Shown here: positions 26,696-36,102 of the stretch, piece after piece | Numbering within the stretch: the stretch's first letter is position 1 | How the letters are laid out: each line of letters starts with the position of its first letter | Assembly (NCBI GenBank): GCA_913040915.1 | Contig: CAJWHW010000019.1 | Span: 1 to 40,234, forward strand | Direction of reading: 5' to 3' | Length of the DNA: 40,234 bases | Source: an uncultured Fidelibacterota bacterium | Lineage (GTDB): Bacteria; Fidelibacterota; Marinisomatia; Marinisomatales; UBA1611 | Translations under genes and position numbers: made by a program | Notes under the pieces: generated by a model | Databases searched by the model: none | What the model saw: the letters and a program-made list of their open reading frames with translations, nothing else | Told to the model about the DNA's origin: nothing

Positions 26696-26772
26696 TATAT
26701 ACAAATCAAAAATTCCACAAATACTTCAATGGGAAGAAAGCTTTGAGACTCCTATTCTTGAATATAGAAAAT

Positions 26773-29700
26773 CTATTTTAAGATCACCATTTTTCTTGTT
26801 TTAGTAAAATGACCCGCATGGATTGTATAAAAGTACAATCCTGACCCAATATAATTCCCATAATAATCTGTTCCATACCATATTATTGTTTTATACCCAG
26901 GCTCTTGTACTTCATTAAGTATCACAGAGACTTCACGACCTAAAATATCATAAATTGCCAATTTTACATGACTTGTTTTAGGTAATCCATAAACTATCCT
27001 AGTGGATGGATTAAATGGGTTAGGATAATTTTGGAGCAAAGAAAACTGTGTAGGTATTGAAAAGTTCTCATCAATAAACAGATTAGGATCAGGATATATT
27101 ATTGTATCGGAAAAACTGCTTATATTGCCAGAATAATCTGATGCTGATAATCTGTAATAAAAAGTCGTTCCTTCTTGGAAGGTTGTATCATAGAAAAATG
27201 TATTATTAACAAAAAATGAGAGATAGTCTTCAGTAGTGAATGATGAATCTCTGGATTTATCTAGAATATACGTTGCTATATCTTGCTCCTGATTTGAATT
27301 CCAAGAAATAATCAATCGATTATTTGTTCTTTGAGCACTTAATTCCATTGGCGCTCCTGGTGAAAGATTATCAATAGAGAATCCTTCCAAGGTATTTGAC
27401 CAAACTAATGTATCTGCATTTTCTAATATAGTTGAGATTATAAAAACAGAGTTGCAAAGGCTATCTGATGAAAAATTGCATATTGTTGGAATTTGACTAT
27501 GATAGTTTGATTGTTGATTAGCTGATAGATAAGTAACAGAGTCCCATTGAAATCCAGCACTGTCGGTATTTAACCGGAAAATAGTATATCCATTTATCGT
27601 ATCCGAAGTTTCAACTCCATCAAACTTACTTGGTAAAAAACTCAAATCAAGGCTAAAGCCTTCATCATCAGGAGTATCAGTTATATCATATACTATTGGA
27701 TAGGAAGCGAGCTGAGAAAGACCAGAAACATGAATGTTAATATATGGTTGAGTAGGATCATTTGTCTCTAAAATTATATCTGAACTCAAGTTTCCTGTAT
27801 TATTAGGATTGAAGATAATGGAAAGAGTATCGAACTGTCCTGGATTTAAAACAACCGGTATTCCAAAATTTGGATGGACCATATCATCTTCAATTATTAT
27901 ATCTGAAATGACTAGATTAGAGTATCCATTATTTACGATTTCAAAATCAGTAATAACTGGATGATATGGATAAGTATTAGTAAAGCTGATACTGTCTCTT
28001 AAAAGATTCGCAACTGGAAAATTCCCAATATTATTTCTGCCAGGTGTCGGGTATAATTCTATCCAAGTATCTGCACCATCCCTATATCTACCGAAAGAAA
28101 TATCTACTTTTTGACTATCGAAAATAATAGAATCTAGAACTAAGCTATCTTGTTTATTAATAAGAAATATTTGACCTCCATTACCATCCAATGCTAAGTC
28201 GATATGATTAAATCCTTGTAAACTGTCACTGTCATTCCAAAATAGTTTTAGTTCACCTGGGTAAAGAAAAATCTCTGTAGTATCATCAATAATAGTATAA
28301 TTTGGATCGTGTAAGTTAGTAGCCAACATCATCCCATTTAGATAAACTATGCTATCACTACCATTGTAAATCTCTATAAAACTTTCGACATCACCATAAT
28401 TATCAATACAACAGGTATCATTTTTTGCAAGAAATTCATTAATCATCAGTGATCTTCTTGATAGAATGGTAGGATTGAGTCTAAATATTGTGTCACTCTG
28501 GAGTGAGTCTATATAAATAGTCTGAGAAAGTGAGTTTAAATTTTCCCAGGAAAATATCTGGCTATCAAAATCTGAGACTGCGGTAATAATAACTGGAGTA
28601 TTACTAAAGTAGATTCCTGTCCATGGAAATTCATCAATTGTTATGGTGCTTATTTGAACAGAACCTTCATATGAGTCCGGTACATCAATAGTAACACTAT
28701 AGGTAGTGTCTAGCTCAAATTTATTTTTTATATGATTAATTACATGGTTTGGACGCTCTATAAAATAATTTCTGACATTATTTACCCCAACGTCCCAATC
28801 AATTATTGATCCACTCCAACGTTCAGTATGATATTCGATATCTGGAGCAATTATTCCCACAAGTGAGTCAAGAACACCTAGTGAATTTTCATTTAAAAAT
28901 GTTGTATTTAACAAATCTGAAAAGCGATTTATAAAGTCAATTTTACCCTGATTATTTCGTAGTATAGCTCTAATAACTCTATTGTTACTACCGGCTCCAA
29001 TTCTTGGCCCTTCTAATCCTGTCGACCAGTTTAAATAATCAGTAGAAACATCTCCCCAATTTATTCCTGAATAAATATACTCTATTCCAAGTCCATGATC
29101 TGTATCCCATAGAAGCCAACGCCATTTATCCTCTCCCGAGCTGGGACGAAATAATTTCATATTATTAGTGAGCCAATCAAAATTGCCAACAAAAATTTCT
29201 AATAACCAATAATCTAAAAACTCCTCATAGTAAATGTTTTCTTTTAAATATTCAAAATTAACGGAAAGACTCATATCTTCTGATTCAATAAAAGTTTCAA
29301 ACGCATCATATGCTTGCCAGTCACCTTCAATCGCATTCTTATTAGATGGGTAACCAAACGCTCTTTCCAAAAGGTCAATATCCTCATAATCGAATAACTC
29401 TTCAATATAAAATCTATCTTGCTTCTCTCTGAGATGATATATTCCCCAATATGAATTATTTATATATACATGTACAGACTGAAATGATGAATATCCACCG
29501 TGTGGATAAAGTTGACTGTAAACAGATTGTATAACCCCATCTCGAAGATGGGCTCTATTATTATTTCCATATTCTGGAAATCTGTCATTACTTGCATTCC
29601 TAAGAATTAGTCTTTTGTACCTATTATAAGTCCTATTTGAGAATATTGGATATTCAATGTAAGATTGGCCGTATTGTGCTTTAAACTCTATTCTGTATGG

Positions 29701-30603
29701 GTTCTGTGTTGAGTTCGTACCATGGCGTTCAATACCTGCATCAGTACTAAACCCTAGTTCTCCATCTTGATCAAAATAAGTCACATGTAGATTATATTCA
29801 TCTAGCCCAATTGGAAAATCATCAGGATCAATCACTAGTGCCATAACTGGCAAATTATAATTAGTGTTAATTAAATAATAAAATGTTTGAATTCTGCTTG
29901 GTAATAGACCAGGCTCAATCGTCATTATACGTAAAACAGTTGGTTCTGAAAGTGTTATTGGCTCATAATATTGCATTGAGTTAATATCTAGATTACTTCC
30001 ATCAAGACTGAAATAAATATCAATATCTTCAGTGTCAGACAATATTTCAACAACAATATCTTCTTCATAAACTCCAGATTCTATGGATACAAAAGCTTCC
30101 TGAGAATATTCACTTGAATCATGCGGAAGATTAAACACTCCGGGCGTAGGATTATCCATTAAACCCCATATTCCATTATAATTTGGATACCTACCATAAC
30201 TGAAATCAGTTTGCTGTTGGCTAAAGTATATAGAATCAATCAATAATTGGTCAGGATTTGTAAGTAGTATTTCTTCACCAACCGAACTAAGTTTAAAATT
30301 TAAATGGCCAACTCCTTGCTCTTCATCGTTATCAGCCCAAAGTAATAAAAGAGAGTCCGGGTAAAGATATATAGAGTCGGAAAACTGAAATTTAAAAGGA
30401 TCAGATTCATTATCACTCAAATACCAACCATATAGATTTATAATATCATCCGAATAATTTGCTAACTCTAACCAATCATCAAAATCTCCATTATTGTCAG
30501 CTATAGTACTATCATTTGAAGCCATAAATTCGTTGATTACAATTTGAGCAGATAAAAATTGACAAACTAAATTAAAAATGATAACAATTAGATTAAACTT
30601 CAA
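26773..30603 (-). CDS. Secreted CotH-kinase family protein: LTD, CHB_HEX_C/FN3-associated, CotH kinase, second LTD, Ig-like, FN3-like, T9SS type A-like CTD
   Basis: IVINEFMASN..DWLEL..SYGRYP..PTPG (LTD1); IYFSLDGS; LILRN, LRDG, VYINNSYWGIYHLREK, GNFDW..NN, WRWLLWDTD (CotH); LMINEFLAKN..SFGRY..PTPG (LTD2); YYRLSASDYSGNIS (FN3); LLQNYPNPFNPST..KMVILK (CTD); TTG start. Confidence 0.9.
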   Translation of the reverse strand: MKFNLIVIIFNLVCQFLSAQIVINEFMASNDSTIADNNGDFDDWLELANYSDDIINLYGWYLSDNESDPFKFQFSDSIYLYPDSLLLLWADNDEEQGVGHLNFKLSSVGEEILLTNPDQLLIDSIYFSQQQTDFSYGRYPNYNGIWGLMDNPTPGVFNLPHDSSEYSQEAFVSIESGVYEEDIVVEILSDTEDIDIYFSLDGSNLDINSMQYYEPITLSEPTVLRIMTIEPGLLPSRIQTFYYLINTNYNLPVMALVIDPDDFPIGLDEYNLHVTYFDQDGELGFSTDAGIERHGTNSTQNPYRIEFKAQYGQSYIEYPIFSNRTYNRYKRLILRNASNDRFPEYGNNNRAHLRDGVIQSVYSQLYPHGGYSSFQSVHVYINNSYWGIYHLREKQDRFYIEELFDYEDIDLLERAFGYPSNKNAIEGDWQAYDAFETFIESEDMSLSVNFEYLKENIYYEEFLDYWLLEIFVGNFDWLTNNMKLFRPSSGEDKWRWLLWDTDHGLGIEYIYSGINWGDVSTDYLNWSTGLEGPRIGAGSNNRVIRAILRNNQGKIDFINRFSDLLNTTFLNENSLGVLDSLVGIIAPDIEYHTERWSGSIIDWDVGVNNVRNYFIERPNHVINHIKNKFELDTTYSVTIDVPDSYEGSVQISTITIDEFPWTGIYFSNTPVIITAVSDFDSQIFSWENLNSLSQTIYIDSLQSDTIFRLNPTILSRRSLMINEFLAKNDTCCIDNYGDVESFIEIYNGSDSIVYLNGMMLATNLHDPNYTIIDDTTEIFLYPGELKLFWNDSDSLQGFNHIDLALDGNGGQIFLINKQDSLVLDSIIFDSQKVDISFGRYRDGADTWIELYPTPGRNNIGNFPVANLLRDSISFTNTYPYHPVITDFEIVNNGYSNLVISDIIIEDDMVHPNFGIPVVLNPGQFDTLSIIFNPNNTGNLSSDIILETNDPTQPYINIHVSGLSQLASYPIVYDITDTPDDEGFSLDLSFLPSKFDGVETSDTINGYTIFRLNTDSAGFQWDSVTYLSANQQSNYHSQIPTICNFSSDSLCNSVFIISTILENADTLVWSNTLEGFSIDNLSPGAPMELSAQRTNNRLIISWNSNQEQDIATYILDKSRDSSFTTEDYLSFFVNNTFFYDTTFQEGTTFYYRLSASDYSGNISSFSDTIIYPDPNLFIDENFSIPTQFSLLQNYPNPFNPSTRIVYGLPKTSHVKLAIYDILGREVSVILNEVQEPGYKTIIWYGTDYYGNYIGSGLYFYTIHAGHFTKTRKMVILK

Positions 30604-30734
30604 AAATTCTTATTCTACTTCATTAAAAATATTTTCAACTAGAACCTTAGACAAATCTGATACATTGAAGTCTAGACTAATCGTTCCAAGATTGTATAAA
30701 ACTAGCGTAATATTACAAACTATGCCAATATAGT

Positions 30735-30760
30735 AAAAAGGGGCATTTTAGCCCCTCTTT
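30735..30760 (-). terminator. Rho-independent terminator after tRNA-Pro(GGG)
   Basis: Minus strand aaag-AGGGGC-taaaat-GCCCCT-TTTT. Confidence 0.8.
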
Positions 30761-30789
30761 ATTATCAGTAAAGTCGTTTGTCATTAATG

Positions 30790-30863
30790 TCGGAGCGACA
30801 GGATTTGAACCTGCGACCCCGTGCACCCCATGCACGTGCGCTACCGGGCTGCGCCACGCTCCG
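30790..30863 (-). tRNA. tRNA-Pro(GGG), CCA not encoded
   Basis: CGGAGCGTGGCGCAGCCCGGTAGCGCA-CGTGC-ATGGGGT-GCACG-GGGTCGCAGGTTCAAATCCTGTCGCTCCGA. Confidence 0.97.
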
Positions 30864-30868
30864 TTAAT

Positions 30869-31231
30869 TCATTCAGAAATAATTTTTAAAATTGATTCCA
30901 AATCTTCTTTAATTTTATTGAAGATAACCTGTTGCTTCTCATTGAAAGATTCAGAATTTTCTGATTTTTCTAGAATGGATTCTCCCTTAGCTATAACAGA
31001 TCTAGCTCCTTCAATGGTGAATTTTTTATTGTAAAGTAAGTCTTTTATATTAAGAATAACATCAATGTCTTTTTGCCTGTAAGTTCTATTCCCAGCTCGG
31101 TTTTTTGGCGGCTTTAATTGCGAAAATTCAGTTTCCCAATACCTCAGAACATAAGCTTTCAATTCCGTAAGTTCACTTACCTCTCCAATTGAATAATAAA
31201 GTTTTTTTACTTTTGGTTGTATCTTCGCCAT
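30869..31231 (-). CDS. MerR-family HTH regulator (short type commonly linked to tRNA-Pro); ATG 31231 preferred over TTG 31237
   Basis: KLYYSIGEVSEL..VLRYWETEF..LKPPKNRAGNRTY..IKDLLYNKKFTIEGAR. Confidence 0.93.
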   Translation of the reverse strand: MAKIQPKVKKLYYSIGEVSELTELKAYVLRYWETEFSQLKPPKNRAGNRTYRQKDIDVILNIKDLLYNKKFTIEGARSVIAKGESILEKSENSESFNEKQQVIFNKIKEDLESILKIISE

Positions 31232-31298
31232 ATTCAAATTTACTTAAAGTTATACTTTAAATTAATAAAGACCAGATCTATGATCAAGATAAATGAAA

Positions 31299-32588
31299 TT
31301 AGATCGTGTTTTTATAAGAATTATAAAGTGAATGTAATAATTGCGGAGTTTTTGCGATAAGAGTAGGGTCTTCTACCATAGCGATCCTTAGTTCTGTCTT
31401 ACCTTTATTTGAGTCTAAATAAAATCCGCTCATGGGTGCAAGTAATAGAGTGAAATAATTTCCTTCAATATTTACTTTTCCACTTGAAGCACAATATTTA
31501 ACAAACTCAAAAGAATCAAATCCATCATCGCATATAGATCTAAAATCAATCACAAAATATATTGCAGCTTCAGGATGTGTTACGATTAACCCGGGGATTT
31601 TATCTATGAGCTTTCTCCTAAGAAAAATCATAAGCGATTTATAGTATTCTCGCTGTTTTGCATACCATTGGTGTAATCTTTCATGAGATTCAAGTGCCAT
31701 TGCACCAAATATGTGCTGTCCAATAGAATTGGCACACAAATTAGCCGTATATTCTGAAACTGCACCCGTATGAAATTCTTTATTGTCTGTCACTAATCCG
31801 CCAATACGTAAACCACACGCATTCCAAACTTTTGAAGCTGATTCAATACTAATCCTTAGACCAGTGATACCAGGAATATCTTCTTCTGATATTTTCCAAA
31901 TACTTGATGTTTTATTTTTACCATAATAAAGTTGACGATATGCTTCGTCACTTACTATCCAAACATTATGTTTCACACAAATTTTTGCAATTTCGATTAA
32001 TTCCTTCTGTGAAATGAATTGTCCGGTTGGGTTATCTGCTGGAATTATAATTAAAGCACCTGGATGATTTTCGATTATTCTATTTTCTAGTTGAGTTAAA
32101 GAAACTTGACTAAAATAGCCATTTTCATCTATTTCACGATTAACAGTAGTTACAGGTATCGATAACCGTTTGCTGAATTCAATGTAATTAGTATAGACAG
32201 GCTCCACTAACATTAATGGCTTTTTAGAAGAAGGTCCACACACACCAAGCATCATAAGTTCCATCGCTTGAGAACCACCATCAGTTATCATACAGTGCAG
32301 GTTAGAAGTATCTACTCCTTCTGAACTTATGATATTTAGAAAAGCACTCCTTGCTTCAGTGGTGCCTACACTTGGGCTATATTTTATAATACCATCATCA
32401 AAAGCATTTTCTCCTAATTCAAACATTCTTTTCTTCATTGCGGGGTACATTGGTAAAGGTACATTCCCAATTGCAAGATTCACGACTTGAATATCGTCTT
32501 TATCCTTCCTTTCCGAAAACATGATCTGCGCTTGACGAATCGCAGAAGGAGTTCTAGATTGAAAATGTGATGATATATTGGTTGTCAT
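31299..32588 (-). CDS. Class I/II PLP-dependent aminotransferase (aspartate aminotransferase-like)
   Basis: NLAIGN, TDGGSQA, EPVYTNY, PADNPTG, IVSDEAY, PLP lysine in ESASKVWNACGLRIG, LRIA. Confidence 0.9.
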   Translation of the reverse strand: MTTNISSHFQSRTPSAIRQAQIMFSERKDKDDIQVVNLAIGNVPLPMYPAMKKRMFELGENAFDDGIIKYSPSVGTTEARSAFLNIISSEGVDTSNLHCMITDGGSQAMELMMLGVCGPSSKKPLMLVEPVYTNYIEFSKRLSIPVTTVNREIDENGYFSQVSLTQLENRIIENHPGALIIIPADNPTGQFISQKELIEIAKICVKHNVWIVSDEAYRQLYYGKNKTSSIWKISEEDIPGITGLRISIESASKVWNACGLRIGGLVTDNKEFHTGAVSEYTANLCANSIGQHIFGAMALESHERLHQWYAKQREYYKSLMIFLRRKLIDKIPGLIVTHPEAAIYFVIDFRSICDDGFDSFEFVKYCASSGKVNIEGNYFTLLLAPMSGFYLDSNKGKTELRIAMVEDPTLIAKTPQLLHSLYNSYKNTI

Positions 32589-32624
32589 AAAATATTGTAT
32601 AGTAATTTATTTATGAAGATCATG

Positions 32625-32672
32625 AAAATAAAAACGGTGAAAATGCTTATTCAGTATCTCCACCGTTTTATT
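32625..32672 (-). terminator. Rho-independent terminator after pnp
   Basis: Minus strand AAAACGGTGGAGATACT-gaata-AGCATTTTCACCGTTTT-tattttc; the G-U pairs favour the minus-strand fold. Confidence 0.82.
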
Positions 32673-32689
32673 AGAATGTTAGGTTAAAA

Positions 32690-34846
32690 TTAGAATCGAC
32701 GTTTTTTAAAAGGTTTTCTACCTCCCCTGTTTCCATCACGACGGGGACGTTTTGGACGTTCCACATAACCTTCAGGTTTTTCAAGCAAGGCTTTTCGACT
32801 AAAATCCAACCTACCCTGGTCATCAATTTTGATTAATTTCACACGAACTTCGTCTCCTGGCTTGAGAACATCTTCTACTTTTTCTACCCTATGCCACTCC
32901 AATTCTGAAATATGGACCATTCCTTCACGACCGGGTACAAATTCCACAAATGCACCAAAAGTCATTAGACGAGTAACAGTTGCATCAAATTCCATTCCCA
33001 CTTCCGGTTCAAACGTTAAGGCTTGGACCAATTCAATGGCATCATTGCATTTATCGGTATTTTCCCCAGCAATCGTAACAATACCATCGTCATCAACATT
33101 AATCTCACATTCAGTATCTTCAATGATTTTTTTGATGTTTTTACCACCAGGCCCAATTAATGCACCAATCTTTTCCGGATTAATTGTGATTGACATAATT
33201 CGTGGTGCATATGGAGAAATATCATTTGGCTGAGCCATTGCTTCATTCATTTTACCAAGAATATGCAACCTACCTTCACGGGCTTGTTCAAGTGCCTGTT
33301 CCATTAACTCAAAGGATAAACCTTCAATTTTCAGATCAAGCTGTATCGCTGTTATTCCTTCTTCTGAACCGGCAACTTTGAAGTCCATATCACCAAGATG
33401 ATCTTCCATTCCTAATATATCACTTAGAATTGCATGACGTTCTCCATCTGTAATAAGACCCATGGCTATTCCTGCTACGTGATTTTTCAAAGGTGCTCCT
33501 GCACTCATAAGTGCTAAAGAACCGCCACATACAGATGCCATTGATGATGAACCGTTCGATTCCATGATCTCTGAAACAATTCGAATTGTGTATGGAAAAT
33601 CATCATATTCAGGAAGTACAGGCTTAATTGCTCTTTGAGCTAGATTCCCATGTCCAATTTCCCGGCGACCTGTAAATCCAATACGTCCAACCTCGCCAAC
33701 ACAATAAGGTGGGAAGTTATAATGAAGATAATAAGATTTTTTATAATCTTCATCCATACTGTCAATAATTAATTCATCGCTTTTGGAACCTAATGTAGTC
33801 ACAACTAAAGCTTGTGTTTCTCCACGTGTAAATAATACAGAACCATGGGTCCTATTTAATATATCCGGTTCAATAGTGATTTCACGAATATCCGTTGTCG
33901 ATCTTCCATCGCTTCGAACACCTGTAGCTAATACTTGTTCACGAAATGCAGTTTTAAATCGATCATCGATTATAGATTTAATGCTTCCACCTTCATCAGG
34001 AAATTCTTCTTCCATAGATTCCAGAGTAGCAGACACCATGTCATCTTTTGCATCAGAACGTTCATGTTTATCGACAATTTTGACAATATCATCGATTTGA
34101 CTTCCAATTTTTCCATCGACTGCAGATAATAATGTTTCATCTGGCTCAGAAATTACAATTTCATCTTTGACCACATCCATAGAAGCAACGAGTTCATTTT
34201 GCATATCAATTATTTCTTTAATGACAGCATGAGCCTGTTTCAAAGCATCTAGCATTTCAGATTCTGAAATACAATCTGCTTCACCTTCTACCATAACAAC
34301 TGTCTCACTGTTACCAGAAACAACCATTTCCATATCGGAATCTTGTTGTTCATTTCGGGTTGGATTAATGACATATACTCCATCGACACGTCCAACACGG
34401 ACAGTTGCAATGGGACCATTCCAAGGGATTGTGGAAGTCATTAAAGCAGCAGATGCACCGACTCCTGCCAATACATCAGCCATATTTTCACCATCACTCT
34501 GCAGGACAGTAATCATCACTTGGGTTTCATTTTTAAACCCCTTTGGAAACAATGGTCGGATAGGTCGGTCTGTTAACCGACTAGTCAAAACTTCATGTTC
34601 TGAAGGCCTTGCTTCACGTTTAAAAAATCCGCCAGGGATTTTCCCACCAGCATAATGTTTTTCCCTGTATTCTACTTGCAGAGGGAAAAAATCAATATCT
34701 TCTCTTGGTTCCTTAGCAGCATTTACTGCAGCAAGGACAGTTGTCTCTCCATAGGTTACCAAAACGGAACCATTACTTTGACGGGCAATTCTTCCCGTTT
34801 CCAATCGCATAGTCTTCCCAGCGATTGTTCTTTCTTTACTTTTCAT
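32690..34846 (-). CDS. pnp: Polyribonucleotide nucleotidyltransferase
   Basis: DFFPLQVEYRE, GKIPGGFFKRE, FTRGETQ, RREIGHG, ESNGSSSMASVC, EDHLGDMDFKVAG, KH and S1 domains. Confidence 0.99.
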   Translation of the reverse strand: MKSKERTIAGKTMRLETGRIARQSNGSVLVTYGETTVLAAVNAAKEPREDIDFFPLQVEYREKHYAGGKIPGGFFKREARPSEHEVLTSRLTDRPIRPLFPKGFKNETQVMITVLQSDGENMADVLAGVGASAALMTSTIPWNGPIATVRVGRVDGVYVINPTRNEQQDSDMEMVVSGNSETVVMVEGEADCISESEMLDALKQAHAVIKEIIDMQNELVASMDVVKDEIVISEPDETLLSAVDGKIGSQIDDIVKIVDKHERSDAKDDMVSATLESMEEEFPDEGGSIKSIIDDRFKTAFREQVLATGVRSDGRSTTDIREITIEPDILNRTHGSVLFTRGETQALVVTTLGSKSDELIIDSMDEDYKKSYYLHYNFPPYCVGEVGRIGFTGRREIGHGNLAQRAIKPVLPEYDDFPYTIRIVSEIMESNGSSSMASVCGGSLALMSAGAPLKNHVAGIAMGLITDGERHAILSDILGMEDHLGDMDFKVAGSEEGITAIQLDLKIEGLSFELMEQALEQAREGRLHILGKMNEAMAQPNDISPYAPRIMSITINPEKIGALIGPGGKNIKKIIEDTECEINVDDDGIVTIAGENTDKCNDAIELVQALTFEPEVGMEFDATVTRLMTFGAFVEFVPGREGMVHISELEWHRVEKVEDVLKPGDEVRVKLIKIDDQGRLDFSRKALLEKPEGYVERPKRPRRDGNRGGRKPFKKRRF

Positions 34847-34884
34847 TTTCTATTTTCTTCTTTTCTTACGAGTTCTCTTTCTTA

Positions 34885-35154
34885 CTAACCTCTGATTGAC
34901 AACTCTTTTACTAAATTAACATAAGATTCTGCATTTGTACGCATGATGTACTTCAGCATTTTCTTTCTTTTTGAAACCAACTGAACCAATCCACGACGTG
35001 TGTGGTGATCTTTCTTATGATCTTTTACATGGTTAGTTAATTCTCTTATACGATGAGTTAGAATAGCAACCTGGACTTCCGGCGCACCTGAATCGTTCGC
35101 ATCTTTTCCGAATTGCTCAACGTAATTTTGTTTTTCTTCTTTTGTGATAGGCAT
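34885..35154 (-). CDS. rpsO: 30S ribosomal protein S15
   Basis: DSGAPEVQVAILT..HKKDHHTRRGL..KRKKMLKY. Confidence 0.99.
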   Translation of the reverse strand: MPITKEEKQNYVEQFGKDANDSGAPEVQVAILTHRIRELTNHVKDHKKDHHTRRGLVQLVSKRKKMLKYIMRTNAESYVNLVKELSIRG

Positions 35155-35163
35155 TTTTTTCTC

Positions 35164-36102
35164 CTATTCATACTTGCCCTGTAACTCAAGGCATATTTGT
35201 TTATCTTTAAATAACTGTAGCTTTAATTCTTCAGGGGATGGGAATTTTTTTTCGTCCCTAATTCTCTCTAAAAACTCTACTCTAATTTCTTTCCCATACA
35301 AGTCAATGATATTATCATTAAAAAAGTGAATCTCCATTACAAGATCTTCTTCATTGAAGGTGGGCCTTATCCCGAAATTACACATACCAAACAATTGAAG
35401 TCCATTAATCCTTCCACGTATAAAATATACCCCAGGATTAGGCATGAGCTGGTTTTTCTCCAAAGGAATAACATTTGCAGTTGGGAAATCTAAATCTTTA
35501 CCCCTTCCTGCACCACGAACTACGGTTGCAAAAAATCCAAATACAGAACCCAATTCAAAATTCGCTCTACGGACAAATCCATCCTTAATCAATTTACGAA
35601 TATGAGTACTGGAAATGATATGTCCATCATCGGAAACAGGTTCAACAACTTCCAATTCAATTTCTTTTCTTAAACAGTATGTCATTAAAAATTCTGGACT
35701 ACCTTCACGTTTATATCCAAAATGATGGTCATAACCAACAATCATATAACAAGGATTAAAATATGGGAGTACTGTTTTATCTAAAAACTCACCTGCAGTT
35801 GTTTTTGAAAAAGCCTGTGTAAAGTTAATGACATAGACTAGACTCAGGCCCAGTTCTTGGATAATTTCTAATTTTTGATCAATTCCCATTATGAGTGATA
35901 GTTTATCTGCATCGGGGTCTAGTATATGACGAGGATGAGGGTCGAATGTGACCAAAACTGAAGGTACATTCAAAGCGTGTGCATGATTAACTACAGATGT
36001 TAATATATTGTGGTGTCCCCGATGAATGCCATCATAAGAACCAATAGTAACTACAGATGAATCTAATGGTTTAAATTGATCTAAATTGTAGATGATTTCC
36101 AT
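35164..36102 (-). CDS. ribF: Bifunctional riboflavin kinase/FAD synthetase
   Basis: TIGSYDGIHRGH, TFDPHP, ISSTHIR, FPTAN, GIRPTF, IRDEKKF. Confidence 0.98.
   Translation of the reverse strand: MEIIYNLDQFKPLDSSVVTIGSYDGIHRGHHNILTSVVNHAHALNVPSVLVTFDPHPRHILDPDADKLSLIMGIDQKLEIIQELGLSLVYVINFTQAFSKTTAGEFLDKTVLPYFNPCYMIVGYDHHFGYKREGSPEFLMTYCLRKEIELEVVEPVSDDGHIISSTHIRKLIKDGFVRRANFELGSVFGFFATVVRGAGRGKDLDFPTANVIPLEKNQLMPNPGVYFIRGRINGLQLFGMCNFGIRPTFNEEDLVMEIHFFNDNIIDLYGKEIRVEFLERIRDEKKFPSPEELKLQLFKDKQICLELQGKYE

Noticed and set aside
30611..30745. Stop-free minus-strand frame of about 45 codons upstream of the CotH gene
   Set aside because: No ATG/GTG start near its 5' end, it overlaps the terminator, and it has no recognisable similarity.
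24275..30863. Integrative element bounded by the two tRNA-Pro genes
   Set aside because: Both tRNAs are complete and have different anticodons. I saw no integrase and no duplicated tRNA 3' end (att site) in the spacers.
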